The position numbers were made by a program, and so were the translations under genes. A stretch of DNA of 64,000 nucleotides from a virus (lineage: Duplodnaviria; Caudoviricetes), in IMG/VR virus record IMGVR_UViG_3300037249_001368, positions 96,001-160,000 of that record; one strand, given 5' to 3'. Shown here in pieces: positions 39,885 to 49,253 of the stretch. The notes beneath the pieces were generated by a model. That model ran no database searches. It was not told the DNA's origin and was given only the letters and a program-made list of their open reading frames with translations. Position 1 is the first letter of the stretch. Each line of letters starts with the position of its first letter.

Positions 39885-40885
39885 ACAAAGAAGGCACACG
39901 GATAGAGATTTTCGAGAAAGGAATCGTTGTTGACAGGGAACTTCCGAAATATACTCTCATCCAAAAAATTGTTGAGGAAAACCGTGAAAAGCAACGCCTC
40001 GATAAAAATATGGAAGTGGTGGAATCTGAACCATCGATGGATATACAAATGGTGGATGCCACTACCGATAACAAGATTGATTTCAAAAAGTTTGAGGATG
40101 CAGGTATCCGTGATTTGAACATTTACATCCATTCCAATCTGTTCAACAACGTATTTAATAAATTCTCCCTGGGTTATTGGGAAGGAGATACTTCAACCCC
40201 AACTATGTGTCCCGAAGATAAAACACCCAAAAAATCTATATGGAGACGCCTTAGCGAAAAACTCCATTCCAAGGAATTTGAGGATATCATTGAATTTGAT
40301 GTGTTTCAGTTTTTCACCAATGTCAAACAACTGACTGAAGATTCAGTCAATACGTATACAGATAGAATACTTGGTTACATCATTGCACTGAAAAATGTCG
40401 AGCAAACAGGTCAAAAAGCCCTGAAAGAAAAACTATTGAGAAACATTGTTATCAACAGATACGAATCCATCCTTTACGCTCGTGGCATTTACCATGTGGT
40501 TTTCGAGAACGAACTACTCGAATTTTACAAGAAATCTGAGAAAGGTGTGAATCTGACCTACATCAAGAACTTCGTCAGACCATTGCCTCCTGAGGTCGTT
40601 GATAAAATCGTGGAGACTAACAAACTAGAAATTTTCGACAACTATGTGGTTCTGCATTATGACCCTGAAAAGAAGTCATATCAACAGACCCTTGAAGAGA
40701 AAAAGAAGGAATACGAAAAGCGCCGTGACCCGATTCTGTTCGGTGTTATTCAGGGCTCTGAAAAGTTGTATTACATCACTGATTGGGTGGATGAGTATTG
40801 TGATTTAACCCTCGATAAGTTCGCCGAGGTGCTTCAAATCAACAAAGACAGTTTGAAGTTACCGGCAGAAATCAAAGTATCATGA
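39878..40885 (+). CDS. Conserved phage hypothetical protein
   Basis: Likely ATG at 39878; C-terminal DPILFG...LYYITDWVDEYCDLTL block. Confidence 0.65.
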   Translation: MVNKEGTRIEIFEKGIVVDRELPKYTLIQKIVEENREKQRLDKNMEVVESEPSMDIQMVDATTDNKIDFKKFEDAGIRDLNIYIHSNLFNNVFNKFSLGYWEGDTSTPTMCPEDKTPKKSIWRRLSEKLHSKEFEDIIEFDVFQFFTNVKQLTEDSVNTYTDRILGYIIALKNVEQTGQKALKEKLLRNIVINRYESILYARGIYHVVFENELLEFYKKSEKGVNLTYIKNFVRPLPPEVVDKIVETNKLEIFDNYVVLHYDPEKKSYQQTLEEKKKEYEKRRDPILFGVIQGSEKLYYITDWVDEYCDLTLDKFAEVLQINKDSLKLPAEIKVS

Positions 40886-41328
40886 CACAGACAACTGATG
40901 AACTCGTAAATAGAGAAGTTGCACAACTTCTCATGGAGAATGGTTTTGATGAGCCATGTAAATTGGCTTGGACGAAAACATCCAAAAAGCCCATCCAAAT
41001 AAAGCTGAAACTTGGTTTTGATTCTACCAAGAAGGAAACCATGGACACATTGAAAAACCATTACATGATGGCTCCAACCCAACAAAGAGCCATCAGGTGG
41101 TTGCGTGAAAACAAAGATGTGATTGTGGATACCCCGATTCATAGTTTCGTAGAAGAAACTTGGAAGTACAACATATATTACGCACTGACCAAGACTCTTT
41201 ATAAGTGTCCTAAGGTTTTCAAAAACTTTGAGGAAATGGTGAACATCGCACTGACAGAAGCCTTGAAACACATGAAGGACCACCAACCTCTAACAGCACC
41301 GGCAGAACTGCTTGATGAAGAATATTGA
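40882..41328 (+). CDS. Hypothetical protein, Bacteroidales-phage type
   Basis: EVAQLLMENGFDEPC...APTQ..AIRWLRE. Confidence 0.55.
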   Translation: MTQTTDELVNREVAQLLMENGFDEPCKLAWTKTSKKPIQIKLKLGFDSTKKETMDTLKNHYMMAPTQQRAIRWLRENKDVIVDTPIHSFVEETWKYNIYYALTKTLYKCPKVFKNFEEMVNIALTEALKHMKDHQPLTAPAELLDEEY

Positions 41329-41833
41329 TGACATCAAATTTCACGCATTGTTGAATCAATGTATACATCTTAGACAAATGGAAGAACCTAGAATCAGAGT
41401 TTCTACTCACGACATACTTGGAAGGATATTTTCCGAATACAAACACACAGAAATCTTCAATGGTGAAAAAGTTCATTATCACGATTGGAGTATGTTTGAT
41501 GATTCGCATGAAAAAATAGCAACATTCACGGTATACACCTATGACGATGACTCATCAACAGCATACTTTTCTGATTTTATTGTGAAAGAAACTATGCGAG
41601 GAAACGGTATTGGTGGATTTATCATCAACAACATATCACATTTCATACCAACTGAATGTGGCAGAGTTTATCTTTGGGTTCAGAAGTCAAAATCCAACAA
41701 AGCGTTATCAGCAGATGTGCTCATTCCTTGGTATGAGCGTCACGGCTTTGAGCAGGTGCCTGATTTGGAGGAAGAAGATTGTGTTTGGTTGATTAAGCAA
41801 ATATCCAACATTCAGGAAAATCAGACTAAATAA
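41312..41833 (+). CDS. GNAT acetyltransferase
   Basis: FIVKETMRGNGIG acetyl-CoA motif A and WYERHGF. Confidence 0.8.
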   Translation: MMKNIDDIKFHALLNQCIHLRQMEEPRIRVSTHDILGRIFSEYKHTEIFNGEKVHYHDWSMFDDSHEKIATFTVYTYDDDSSTAYFSDFIVKETMRGNGIGGFIINNISHFIPTECGRVYLWVQKSKSNKALSADVLIPWYERHGFEQVPDLEEEDCVWLIKQISNIQENQTK

Positions 41834-41853
41834 AATCAAAAGACTGGTTTTAT
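41824..41853 (+). promoter_or_regulatory. Phage promoter-like motif GACTAA-N16-GGTTTTAT
   Basis: Variant overlapping the end of the GNAT gene. Confidence 0.6.
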
Positions 41854-41858
41854 CAATT

Positions 41859-43821
41859 ATGATTGTAGTAAAAACATCAAACACAATTACACAAGCTGAC
41901 CTCAAAGACCTCGGCCCCGCAACAACACCATGCATGTATCTTATGACTGGTGACTGTTTGACGAGGTTTTGTAAAAGAGGTCACTTTCCCGTGAATTGCT
42001 TTAATTGCCCCGATTATGACACCCGAATAAGTTCTGTTTAATATGAAATACAACAAAGTTCTGTTCTTTGAAAGAAATCAGCAAGGAACATTCACCCTTT
42101 CAGGACAAACCGAGGTCCTGTCAAATTTTGAAGCGTTGCAAGTCTACGCTAACACCCCAAATCCAGCTTCCTGCTTCATCGAGGCAGATGATATTGATTC
42201 TTTGGTTGTAAAAGTTGGACAAACCATTGACAACATGGGTAATCTCGATTACGTCGAAAAATACGTAAATCCTTGCTTGTGATATGAAAACGCCCCGTTT
42301 TTGTGATTGTATCAGGTTTCCTCGTCTGAAAACCAAGTACTACGTCACAGATTATTGTTCATTGAAACCAAAATACCTGAAAGGGTATAACGATTTTTCT
42401 GACAGAATCATTTGGACAGATAAACCATACGGTTTCTTTTACAAGGAAGATGCTCTGCTTTTTGCGATACTGGCTAAATCCTTTGGTTATAAAGTAGAAG
42501 TCTTCTCAATAACATATCCAGACAAACACATAAAATATTTATAATAATGGAAAAGTTTCAAAAACTCATTGATTTGGGTATAGACATCAACAGCGCTGAT
42601 ATGAAGTCGTTCAGAACTAATCAGTACGACGACCTCAGCGGTGAATGGTCTGCCCCAATCATTACATCTTGGGATGAGAAAACCATTCATCTACATTTTC
42701 CAACAGCTCAAATCGAACCTTACTGGTCAACCGACAGACTACTTGAGTTGGTGCCCAAAAAGATTAACATCAACAACGAAACCTATTTTATGGATTTGAC
42801 CAACGAAGTCAACATCAGCAATAAGACTGGTCAGGCTACCGCTGTTTACTATCTTGCTTACAGAAACGAAAGCAAGATTTTCGTCAATATGCAGAATGAC
42901 AGCCTGCAGCAGGTCTTGATTGACTTCTTGATTTACATCCTGACACTTATCAAGGTTTCTTCTCAACAACAAACACGAGAAACAGGAAATGTAGAACCTC
43001 AACCCGAGCAGCACGATGAGACCGATAATAGTGGTAACGAGTGAAGACCCTGATTTTGCGGTAAAGACACAACACCCAGTTATCGAAGCCAACTTTGCGA
43101 AAGAAATCTGCGACAAATGTTTGAATTTAGATGCCACTGATGCCGAGCCAGTGAAATGTATCAAAACCGTTTCACTGGCAGCCATCACGGTTTTCTTCTA
43201 TTACGGATTTCTTAAGCTGGGTCTTGATGTTAGTTTTTGGATGATTAAAAACAATCCATGCAAAATCACCCAAGTTGGTCTGAATGATATTTTCGCCTCA
43301 TTTAATCAGGAATATGACCATGTAGAAACATTCTTCGAGGAAGGAGAATATGAGGAGATTACCGAAAAGGTCATGTCTGATGGCAGTGACGTACAACTAT
43401 CGTTACCGATGAAAGAAACCTACCCAATCCATAAATTTGATGATTTGTGGACTATGGGAATTTGTATCGATTTAGAAAGAACATTCAAACCAAAACGCTG
43501 AAAATCATGATTTTAGAATATAAAAACACTGTCATAGACATAGAAAAACTTTATTACGTTGATTGTGGGTTTTTCAAAGAAAAGATTTGTTTTGTACTTT
43601 GGGACGACCTGATGGCGTTTATGTCAAAAACCGTAGGTTTTGATTACAGCATCAAAAGCACTTCAGTAGACGTAATTCCGAAAGACACGCCAATTTACAT
43701 TCCTCAGAAACCTGAATTTGGCAATGGCTACAGCAATTACAAGTTTGTGAAGCTGGAAGATGTTATTATACCAGAAGAGTGTGAATCAGTTTTCAGAAGA
43801 TTCGAGAATCAAAATTATTAA
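41859..43821 (+). other. Cluster of six small ORFs (41859-42041, 42043-42282, 42284-42544, 42547-43044, 43016-43501, 43507-43821)
   Basis: Abutting + strand ORFs with no recognised function. Confidence 0.55.
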
Positions 43822-43823
43822 AT

Positions 43824-44315
43824 ATGGAAGAACTCAACCAACAGAAAAACGAGCGCCCATCATGGGATGATTATTTTCTTGGAATAGCAGATGCCGTTTC
43901 CAAGAGAGCCACTTGCAACCGAGGTAAGACTGGATGTGTCTTTACCAAAGACAACCAGATTCTTGTTACAGGTTATGTCGGAGCACCTAAGGGACTACCT
44001 CACTGTGACGAGGTCGGGCATAAGTTCCAGACTGTTGTTCATGAGGATGGTCACAAATCAGAACACTGCGTCAGAACGGTTCACGCCGAACAGAACGCAA
44101 TCGCTCAAGCAGCCCGCCGTGGAATTGCTTTGGAAGGTGCCACTCTTTATTGCCGTATGACTCCTTGCAGAGTCTGTGCTATGATGCTTATTAATTGTGG
44201 AATCGTGAGAATAGTTTGTGAAAGACGCTATCACGAAGCCGCTGAATCAGAAGAAATGTTCAAACAGGCAGGTATAGAACTTACCTACAAGTTTGATGAA
44301 GTACAAACTTACTAA
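43824..44315 (+). CDS. dCMP deaminase
   Basis: RPSWDDYF, HAEQNA, PCRVC. Confidence 0.92.
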   Translation: MEELNQQKNERPSWDDYFLGIADAVSKRATCNRGKTGCVFTKDNQILVTGYVGAPKGLPHCDEVGHKFQTVVHEDGHKSEHCVRTVHAEQNAIAQAARRGIALEGATLYCRMTPCRVCAMMLINCGIVRIVCERRYHEAAESEEMFKQAGIELTYKFDEVQTY

Positions 44316-44326
44316 ACACAAAAATC

Positions 44327-44662
44327 ATGAATTATCAGTTCATTTTAGCCATCGTAATCGTGGTTCTGATGGTGGCTCTTCTGGTGACGAATATTGTCAT
44401 CAATCATAAAAACTATCAAGCAACCAAGGAAATCAGAGAAAGTCTTGAAGCAGGTAACAGCCTCATGGATAAACTCGTTTCATCAATCAAAAACAACGAA
44501 GAATCCCGCCGCGAAGATTTCAAACAACACCTCGACGTCCTGAGCCTTATTCGCAAAAACACTAACAAGAAGGATTCAGGCCAGAAAAAGGACTTCAAGA
44601 AACCCAACGACAAGCATAAGAGTTTCCAAGGAAATCAGCAAAAACCTACGGGTAATAAATAG
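44327..44662 (+). CDS. Membrane-anchored hypothetical protein
   Basis: N-terminal TM helix, basic tail. Confidence 0.55.
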   Translation: MNYQFILAIVIVVLMVALLVTNIVINHKNYQATKEIRESLEAGNSLMDKLVSSIKNNEESRREDFKQHLDVLSLIRKNTNKKDSGQKKDFKKPNDKHKSFQGNQQKPTGNK

Positions 44663-44704
44663 GTGAAGTTAAATTGCCGTAATAGAAGTTTGAAGGTTTA
44701 TTGT

Positions 44705-44738
44705 GAAAGCCTGCCCCCGAAAGGAGCGGGCTTTCTTT
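44705..44738 (+). terminator. Intrinsic terminator
   Basis: GAAAGCCTGC/GCGGGCTTTC stem, GAAA loop, U tail. Confidence 0.75.
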
Positions 44739-44756
44739 ATGGGAAAATTCCAATCA

Positions 44757-44786
44757 GCCTAACTCATTGTATGAAAACGGTTTATT
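44757..44786 (+). promoter_or_regulatory. Phage promoter-like motif GCCTAA-N16-GGTTTAT
   Basis: Bipartite motif. Confidence 0.7.
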
Positions 44787-44817
44787 TCTATGAAAAATGA
44801 AATGAAAAATAGTAGCA

Positions 44818-45240
44818 ATGAACCAATCAGAATACATTCGACAGATACTAACCGAGTTTGCTGAAAAGGTCAATAAGTCCAAGGAAATGGTAAAAATCTA
44901 CTGCGTCATCAGCAGCAGTGCAAGAGCAGGTGGCAAGACCTATAACATCATAAAAGCCTTGGAAGCCAGTGGATTACAAGTAGCCATGATAAACAGCAAG
45001 GACGAAATCCAAATCATCAACGGCGAAAATGCGATTTTGATTGATGAAAATAAACTTGAGCCAGAGGAGCAAGAATCAGGACTTGAGAAATTGAACGAAG
45101 CTGTGGCTCAGTTACATCTTTACGAAAGAGCGCCTCATTCATCAGAAGAGATAATCAGAAGCCAAAGATTACACCAAAATAAAATCGACAGAGACCAAGC
45201 AAGATTCCGTAAGAGATACCAACACAAAAATTACAAATAA
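44818..45240 (+). CDS. Hypothetical protein with a P-loop-like motif
   Basis: SSARAGGKT. Confidence 0.5.
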   Translation: MNQSEYIRQILTEFAEKVNKSKEMVKIYCVISSSARAGGKTYNIIKALEASGLQVAMINSKDEIQIINGENAILIDENKLEPEEQESGLEKLNEAVAQLHLYERAPHSSEEIIRSQRLHQNKIDRDQARFRKRYQHKNYK

Positions 45241-45250
45241 CCTTCAAACC

Positions 45251-46210
45251 ATGTACGACTTAATCATCCCAAAGCATTTCCTCGAAGAGAACATCGAGGC
45301 CATGCTGAAGAGCCTTGAAAGGCAAATGTATGACATCACCGGCATCCCGAAATCACGGGAAAATCCTGAATATCCATCACTGTTCCCCAACAGGTTTGTC
45401 AAAAACAATAACAACATCATTTGGTGTGGTCAAGAATGGCAATGTTGCATGGAGGGTTACCGCTTAATTAATACAAGCAACCCTTGGCAATGGTATTCCG
45501 AACACTGCGTCAGAATCTTGGATTCAGGCACTTTGGTCCTAACAATGAAGAAAGACCCTCGTCAGATAAAACATTGGGATGGAGAAATATACAATCCAGA
45601 GTACGGTGTTGGTACCTTAAGAAGTGTTGAAGCGTACTCCTACGGTACTTTTAAGGGCAAGGTCATGCTCCCGAAAGGCAAAGGTTTATGGCCTAGTTTT
45701 TGGCTCAGCTGTAAAGAAACGCACCTCGAATTTGAATACGAGCGTAAGTTCCGAGGACAGAGTCTGTGGCCTGCTGGTGGTGAAATCGACGGTACTGAAG
45801 GCTGGTCAAGGAATGACAAGTACTTTACAATGTTCATAGCTAAACCGCCGTATGTGTGTCCGAGTTGGAGAATCAGCACCACCAACATTCACTACGCAGA
45901 GAACGGTCAACACGCATCAATCGGAACGAGGAACATTCCTTGGTGCAAGCAACACAAATCACCAGTCGACAACTACATAGAATATGAGATTGAATGGCTC
46001 CCTGATAAAATCACAATAAAGGCCAACGGTAAAATCGTGAGACAGGACACCAAGTCAGCAATCGCTATCACGAATCATTGGAAGAGCATCGGTCAGAAAC
46101 CAGGCATGGCGGTAATATTCAATGTTTGGATTGAAGACCCAGCGTACAACGATGTTTCAATCTATAATGATATGTATGTCAAAGATTTTGAATATCTGCC
46201 AATGCCATGA
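45251..46210 (+). CDS. Glycoside hydrolase family 16 protein
   Basis: YSYGTF...LPKGKGLWPSFW...WPAGGEIDGTEG (EIDxxE), YEIEWLPD. Confidence 0.8.
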   Translation: MYDLIIPKHFLEENIEAMLKSLERQMYDITGIPKSRENPEYPSLFPNRFVKNNNNIIWCGQEWQCCMEGYRLINTSNPWQWYSEHCVRILDSGTLVLTMKKDPRQIKHWDGEIYNPEYGVGTLRSVEAYSYGTFKGKVMLPKGKGLWPSFWLSCKETHLEFEYERKFRGQSLWPAGGEIDGTEGWSRNDKYFTMFIAKPPYVCPSWRISTTNIHYAENGQHASIGTRNIPWCKQHKSPVDNYIEYEIEWLPDKITIKANGKIVRQDTKSAIAITNHWKSIGQKPGMAVIFNVWIEDPAYNDVSIYNDMYVKDFEYLPMP

Positions 46211-46974
46211 TTAAATCACTGAAAATAGACCTAAGCAAAAACTTAGGTAAGTTCTACTATCTGAAGAATATCAAGAATCTGCCGACAGAATATGATTTCA
46301 AAGATGGAATGAATATCATAATTGGGCCTAATGGTTCAGGTAAGAGCAGTATTCTTAAGGTTTTGCAACAACTGACTTTATGTAATACCGATGATGGTTT
46401 ACCAAAGTTGTGGAGAGGCTTGCGTTTTTCAACACAAACCGAATTAATCAGAGAATCTGACGGTTTTGATTTGACCAACGACTGGAGGTTCCCAACCGCC
46501 ATGTTGTATCGTTCAGAACAACTCGAAACATCAGGTTTTGATTTTATCAACGCAGAATTATGTGCCCAGAAGATGGAAGGCGGAAGTCTTTCCGACGGTG
46601 AAAATCAAGCATATTCCATGCGTTGTTTCGTTGAGAGGTATTCCAAGTTCATTCATGAATATGATTTGGAACAGATGCTCAAAAACGAAAACGGAAATGA
46701 AATGATTGCTTCAGTTTCTGATTATATCAAGAAACACAGTTACGACCAAATGGATGAATCCATGCACTCAACAATTCTGATGGATGAACCCGACAAAGGT
46801 CTTGATGTAATCCTTCTGAAAGCATTGTACGGTATGCTGAAAACAGACAAGAAAGATATTCAAATAATAGCAGTAGCACACAATCCGTTTTTGATTCACA
46901 TGCTTGCCAAATTCAGCAACGTAATCGAGACATCAAACGGTTACATGAAACTTATCGAAGACTTTATTAAATAA
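46207..46974 (+). CDS. Stand-alone ABC-type ATPase
   Basis: GPNGSGKS, LSDGE, LMDEPD, VAHNP. Confidence 0.8.
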   Translation: MIKSLKIDLSKNLGKFYYLKNIKNLPTEYDFKDGMNIIIGPNGSGKSSILKVLQQLTLCNTDDGLPKLWRGLRFSTQTELIRESDGFDLTNDWRFPTAMLYRSEQLETSGFDFINAELCAQKMEGGSLSDGENQAYSMRCFVERYSKFIHEYDLEQMLKNENGNEMIASVSDYIKKHSYDQMDESMHSTILMDEPDKGLDVILLKALYGMLKTDKKDIQIIAVAHNPFLIHMLAKFSNVIETSNGYMKLIEDFIK

Positions 46975-46992
46975 TTTCTAAAATCTAAACAA

Positions 46993-47994
46993 ATGTTATT
47001 AATCAGAAGTAAGGCTTCTTTGATTCAGCCACAGGGCTACGATGTGCTTTCCATCAAGAAATTAGTGGAATCAGCCGGTAGAACCTGTTACAAATCAGAG
47101 GACAAAATCACCGATGACAGCGCCGAAACATTCGTGCAGAACATGATTGACAGAGGTCACACGGCCATGCTTGAAGCTGGTCCTGTGTATCTAAAATGCT
47201 ATGGGTCAAGCGAGGCCTTGAGAAAGTACAGAAGCAACAAGTTCTCTACTTACGATTCCGTTTACGAGGGCAAAGAAGTCTTCGAAGACGGTAACGATGT
47301 TGATATTGATTACTACCACACAGAGTACGTGACCACGAACTTGCGCGTTATGTTGGAAAACAACTGGTTGACAGATTTGCAATATGTTTGTGAACCTGAC
47401 CCAGAACACCACTCACTCCGAATTTCAATGCGATTCATCACCGACAGAGGTGTTTCTCATGAACTTGTCCGTCACCGCGCTTTCAGTTTTGCTCAGGAAT
47501 CGGCTCGTTTCTGCGACTACAACAAAACGAAGTTCGGTAAGCAAATCACCTACATCATCCCGAGTTGGTTGCCAGAATTACCTGAGGGACATGTAGACTA
47601 CCAAAATGATTACCCAGTAGTTATCACAGAAAATGGTATTCACAAATGTTCGGAACTCGAAGCAGTGTTTATTAACCAACTCCAATCAGCAGAAGATTGT
47701 TACATGGATTTGGTCACTAAATGGGAAGAACGCAAACCAGACCGTCGCTACAGAACTGGTTACAAGGGTAATCCTTTGACACCTCAACAAGCAAGACAAG
47801 TCCTTCCTAATGCACTGAAAACTGAAATCGTGCTCAGCGCTTTCACCAGTGATTGGAAACACTTTTTCGATTTGAGGTACTACGGTACCACAGGAAGTCC
47901 GCACCCAGATATGCTTGAACTTTCAACGAAAGCAGTTGAAGTGCTGAAAGCAAACAATCTGTGGGACATCTGTCATAACGAACCACAACAATAA
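46993..47994 (+). CDS. thyX: FAD-dependent thymidylate synthase
   Basis: SHELVRHRAFSFAQESAR, GHTAMLE, ARQVLPN, PHPDM. Confidence 0.93.
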   Translation: MLLIRSKASLIQPQGYDVLSIKKLVESAGRTCYKSEDKITDDSAETFVQNMIDRGHTAMLEAGPVYLKCYGSSEALRKYRSNKFSTYDSVYEGKEVFEDGNDVDIDYYHTEYVTTNLRVMLENNWLTDLQYVCEPDPEHHSLRISMRFITDRGVSHELVRHRAFSFAQESARFCDYNKTKFGKQITYIIPSWLPELPEGHVDYQNDYPVVITENGIHKCSELEAVFINQLQSAEDCYMDLVTKWEERKPDRRYRTGYKGNPLTPQQARQVLPNALKTEIVLSAFTSDWKHFFDLRYYGTTGSPHPDMLELSTKAVEVLKANNLWDICHNEPQQ

Positions 47995-48085
47995 AGCAAT
48001 TCGTCAGCACTCTGACACGCATGGTTGTTTTTTGGTGCAATACGCATCAGAGGATGTAAGAAGGATGATTCATAGTATTTCGTTG

Positions 48086-48130
48086 GGGGCAAGGTTATCT
48101 TCGGAGTGCTGTAACCTTGCCCCTATTTTT
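48086..48130 (+). terminator. Intrinsic terminator
   Basis: GGGGCAAGGTTA/TAACCTTGCCCC followed by TATTTTT. Confidence 0.8.
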
Positions 48131-48153
48131 ATGCCCAATCAAAACATAACAAA

Positions 48154-48411
48154 ATGGACACATCAAAAAGAATAGAAATATCGGTAGAAGATTTCACCCA
48201 ATTACTGTACAACGGAGGTATAAAAAGAATAAGTTTCACGTTGAGCAGTCTTGATTATATTGTGCCTTGTATTTTGAAAGCCTGTGTGAGAGAAGGAAAC
48301 GAGGATTTTGTAATCAATTTTCTGAAAAAGTTTCCATACACTGATGCAGAAATTTCCAAATATATCGAAAAAGTCAAAGAATCGATTGCCAAAGATTCAA
48401 GAACCAAATAA
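48154..48411 (+). CDS. Hypothetical protein
   Basis: 85-aa ORF. Confidence 0.55.
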   Translation: MDTSKRIEISVEDFTQLLYNGGIKRISFTLSSLDYIVPCILKACVREGNEDFVINFLKKFPYTDAEISKYIEKVKESIAKDSRTK

Positions 48412-48432
48412 TCACTTGAAAAATAACAGTCA

Positions 48433-48462
48433 GCCTAAGTGGATTTTCTGTTTTAGTTATAA
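48433..48462 (+). promoter_or_regulatory. Phage promoter-like motif GCCTAA-N16-AGTTATA
   Basis: Bipartite motif upstream of the methyltransferase-like cluster. Confidence 0.7.
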
Positions 48463-48488
48463 AAACCAAACCTTCGAAATTAAATAAT

Positions 48489-49253
48489 ATGCAAAACGAG
48501 CTTCCTCAAATGTTGCCAACTTACATAGCAGCAGGAGACATCCTCAAAGAGATGTCTAAAATCAAGAGAGAAACCGTGGACTTGGTTATTTGCAACATTG
48601 ACTACGAAACCAAGGACGAGTTCCTCAAAAAGTTCTGTAAATCGCTTATCAGAGTTCTTAGCCCAAAAGGAACTATAGTGTTCTTTGGCAAAGAAATGTT
48701 CACGGTGCGAGTCATCAACGCGATGGCTAAGTACTATAAATATAGGTATGTTTGGAAAAAGGGCAACACCAGTACAGGTTTCTTGAACTCATCTCTGCGC
48801 CCATTGCAAAATCACGAGGATATTATGATTTTCCAAAAGGCAGAAAAAGCCAATGATACCACTTACAATCCTCAGATGACTCAGGGTGCTAAGAGGTATT
48901 CGAGTATCAAGAATCTTGGCAAGGAGAAACATTCCAACATTTACAGCCCTCACAAGGAAAGCCTCAAGGAGGACACAACCGACAGGTACCCAACATCAGT
49001 CCTTAACTATGATATCGACCGCCCGATTAAAGACGTTGGTCAGAAGCCAATGGCTCTGATTGAGTTCTTGATTAGGACTTATTCAAACCATGATGACACT
49101 GTTTTGTTCCCCTGTTTGGATAAGAGCGGGAACATAACTATCGCTCACGCTTTGAATCGCGGTTATATCGGCATAGCAGCAAACGAAGAACTCAAGGAAC
49201 TTGTCGAAAACCAGTTGGATGAGACACCAATCATCAAAGAAATCAACGTATAA
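48489..49253 (+). CDS. N4/N6 DNA methyltransferase-like protein with degenerate catalytic motifs
   Basis: Family layout (VWKK..TGFLN, HEDI, YNPQM, RYPTSV, QKP..LIEFLIRTYSN) but NIDY replaces DPPY and FPCLDKSG replaces DPFxGSG. Confidence 0.75.
   Translation: MQNELPQMLPTYIAAGDILKEMSKIKRETVDLVICNIDYETKDEFLKKFCKSLIRVLSPKGTIVFFGKEMFTVRVINAMAKYYKYRYVWKKGNTSTGFLNSSLRPLQNHEDIMIFQKAEKANDTTYNPQMTQGAKRYSSIKNLGKEKHSNIYSPHKESLKEDTTDRYPTSVLNYDIDRPIKDVGQKPMALIEFLIRTYSNHDDTVLFPCLDKSGNITIAHALNRGYIGIAANEELKELVENQLDETPIIKEINV

Noticed and set aside
44818-45240. Terminase or helicase
   Set aside because: Only an isolated RxGGKT-like motif in a 140-aa protein.
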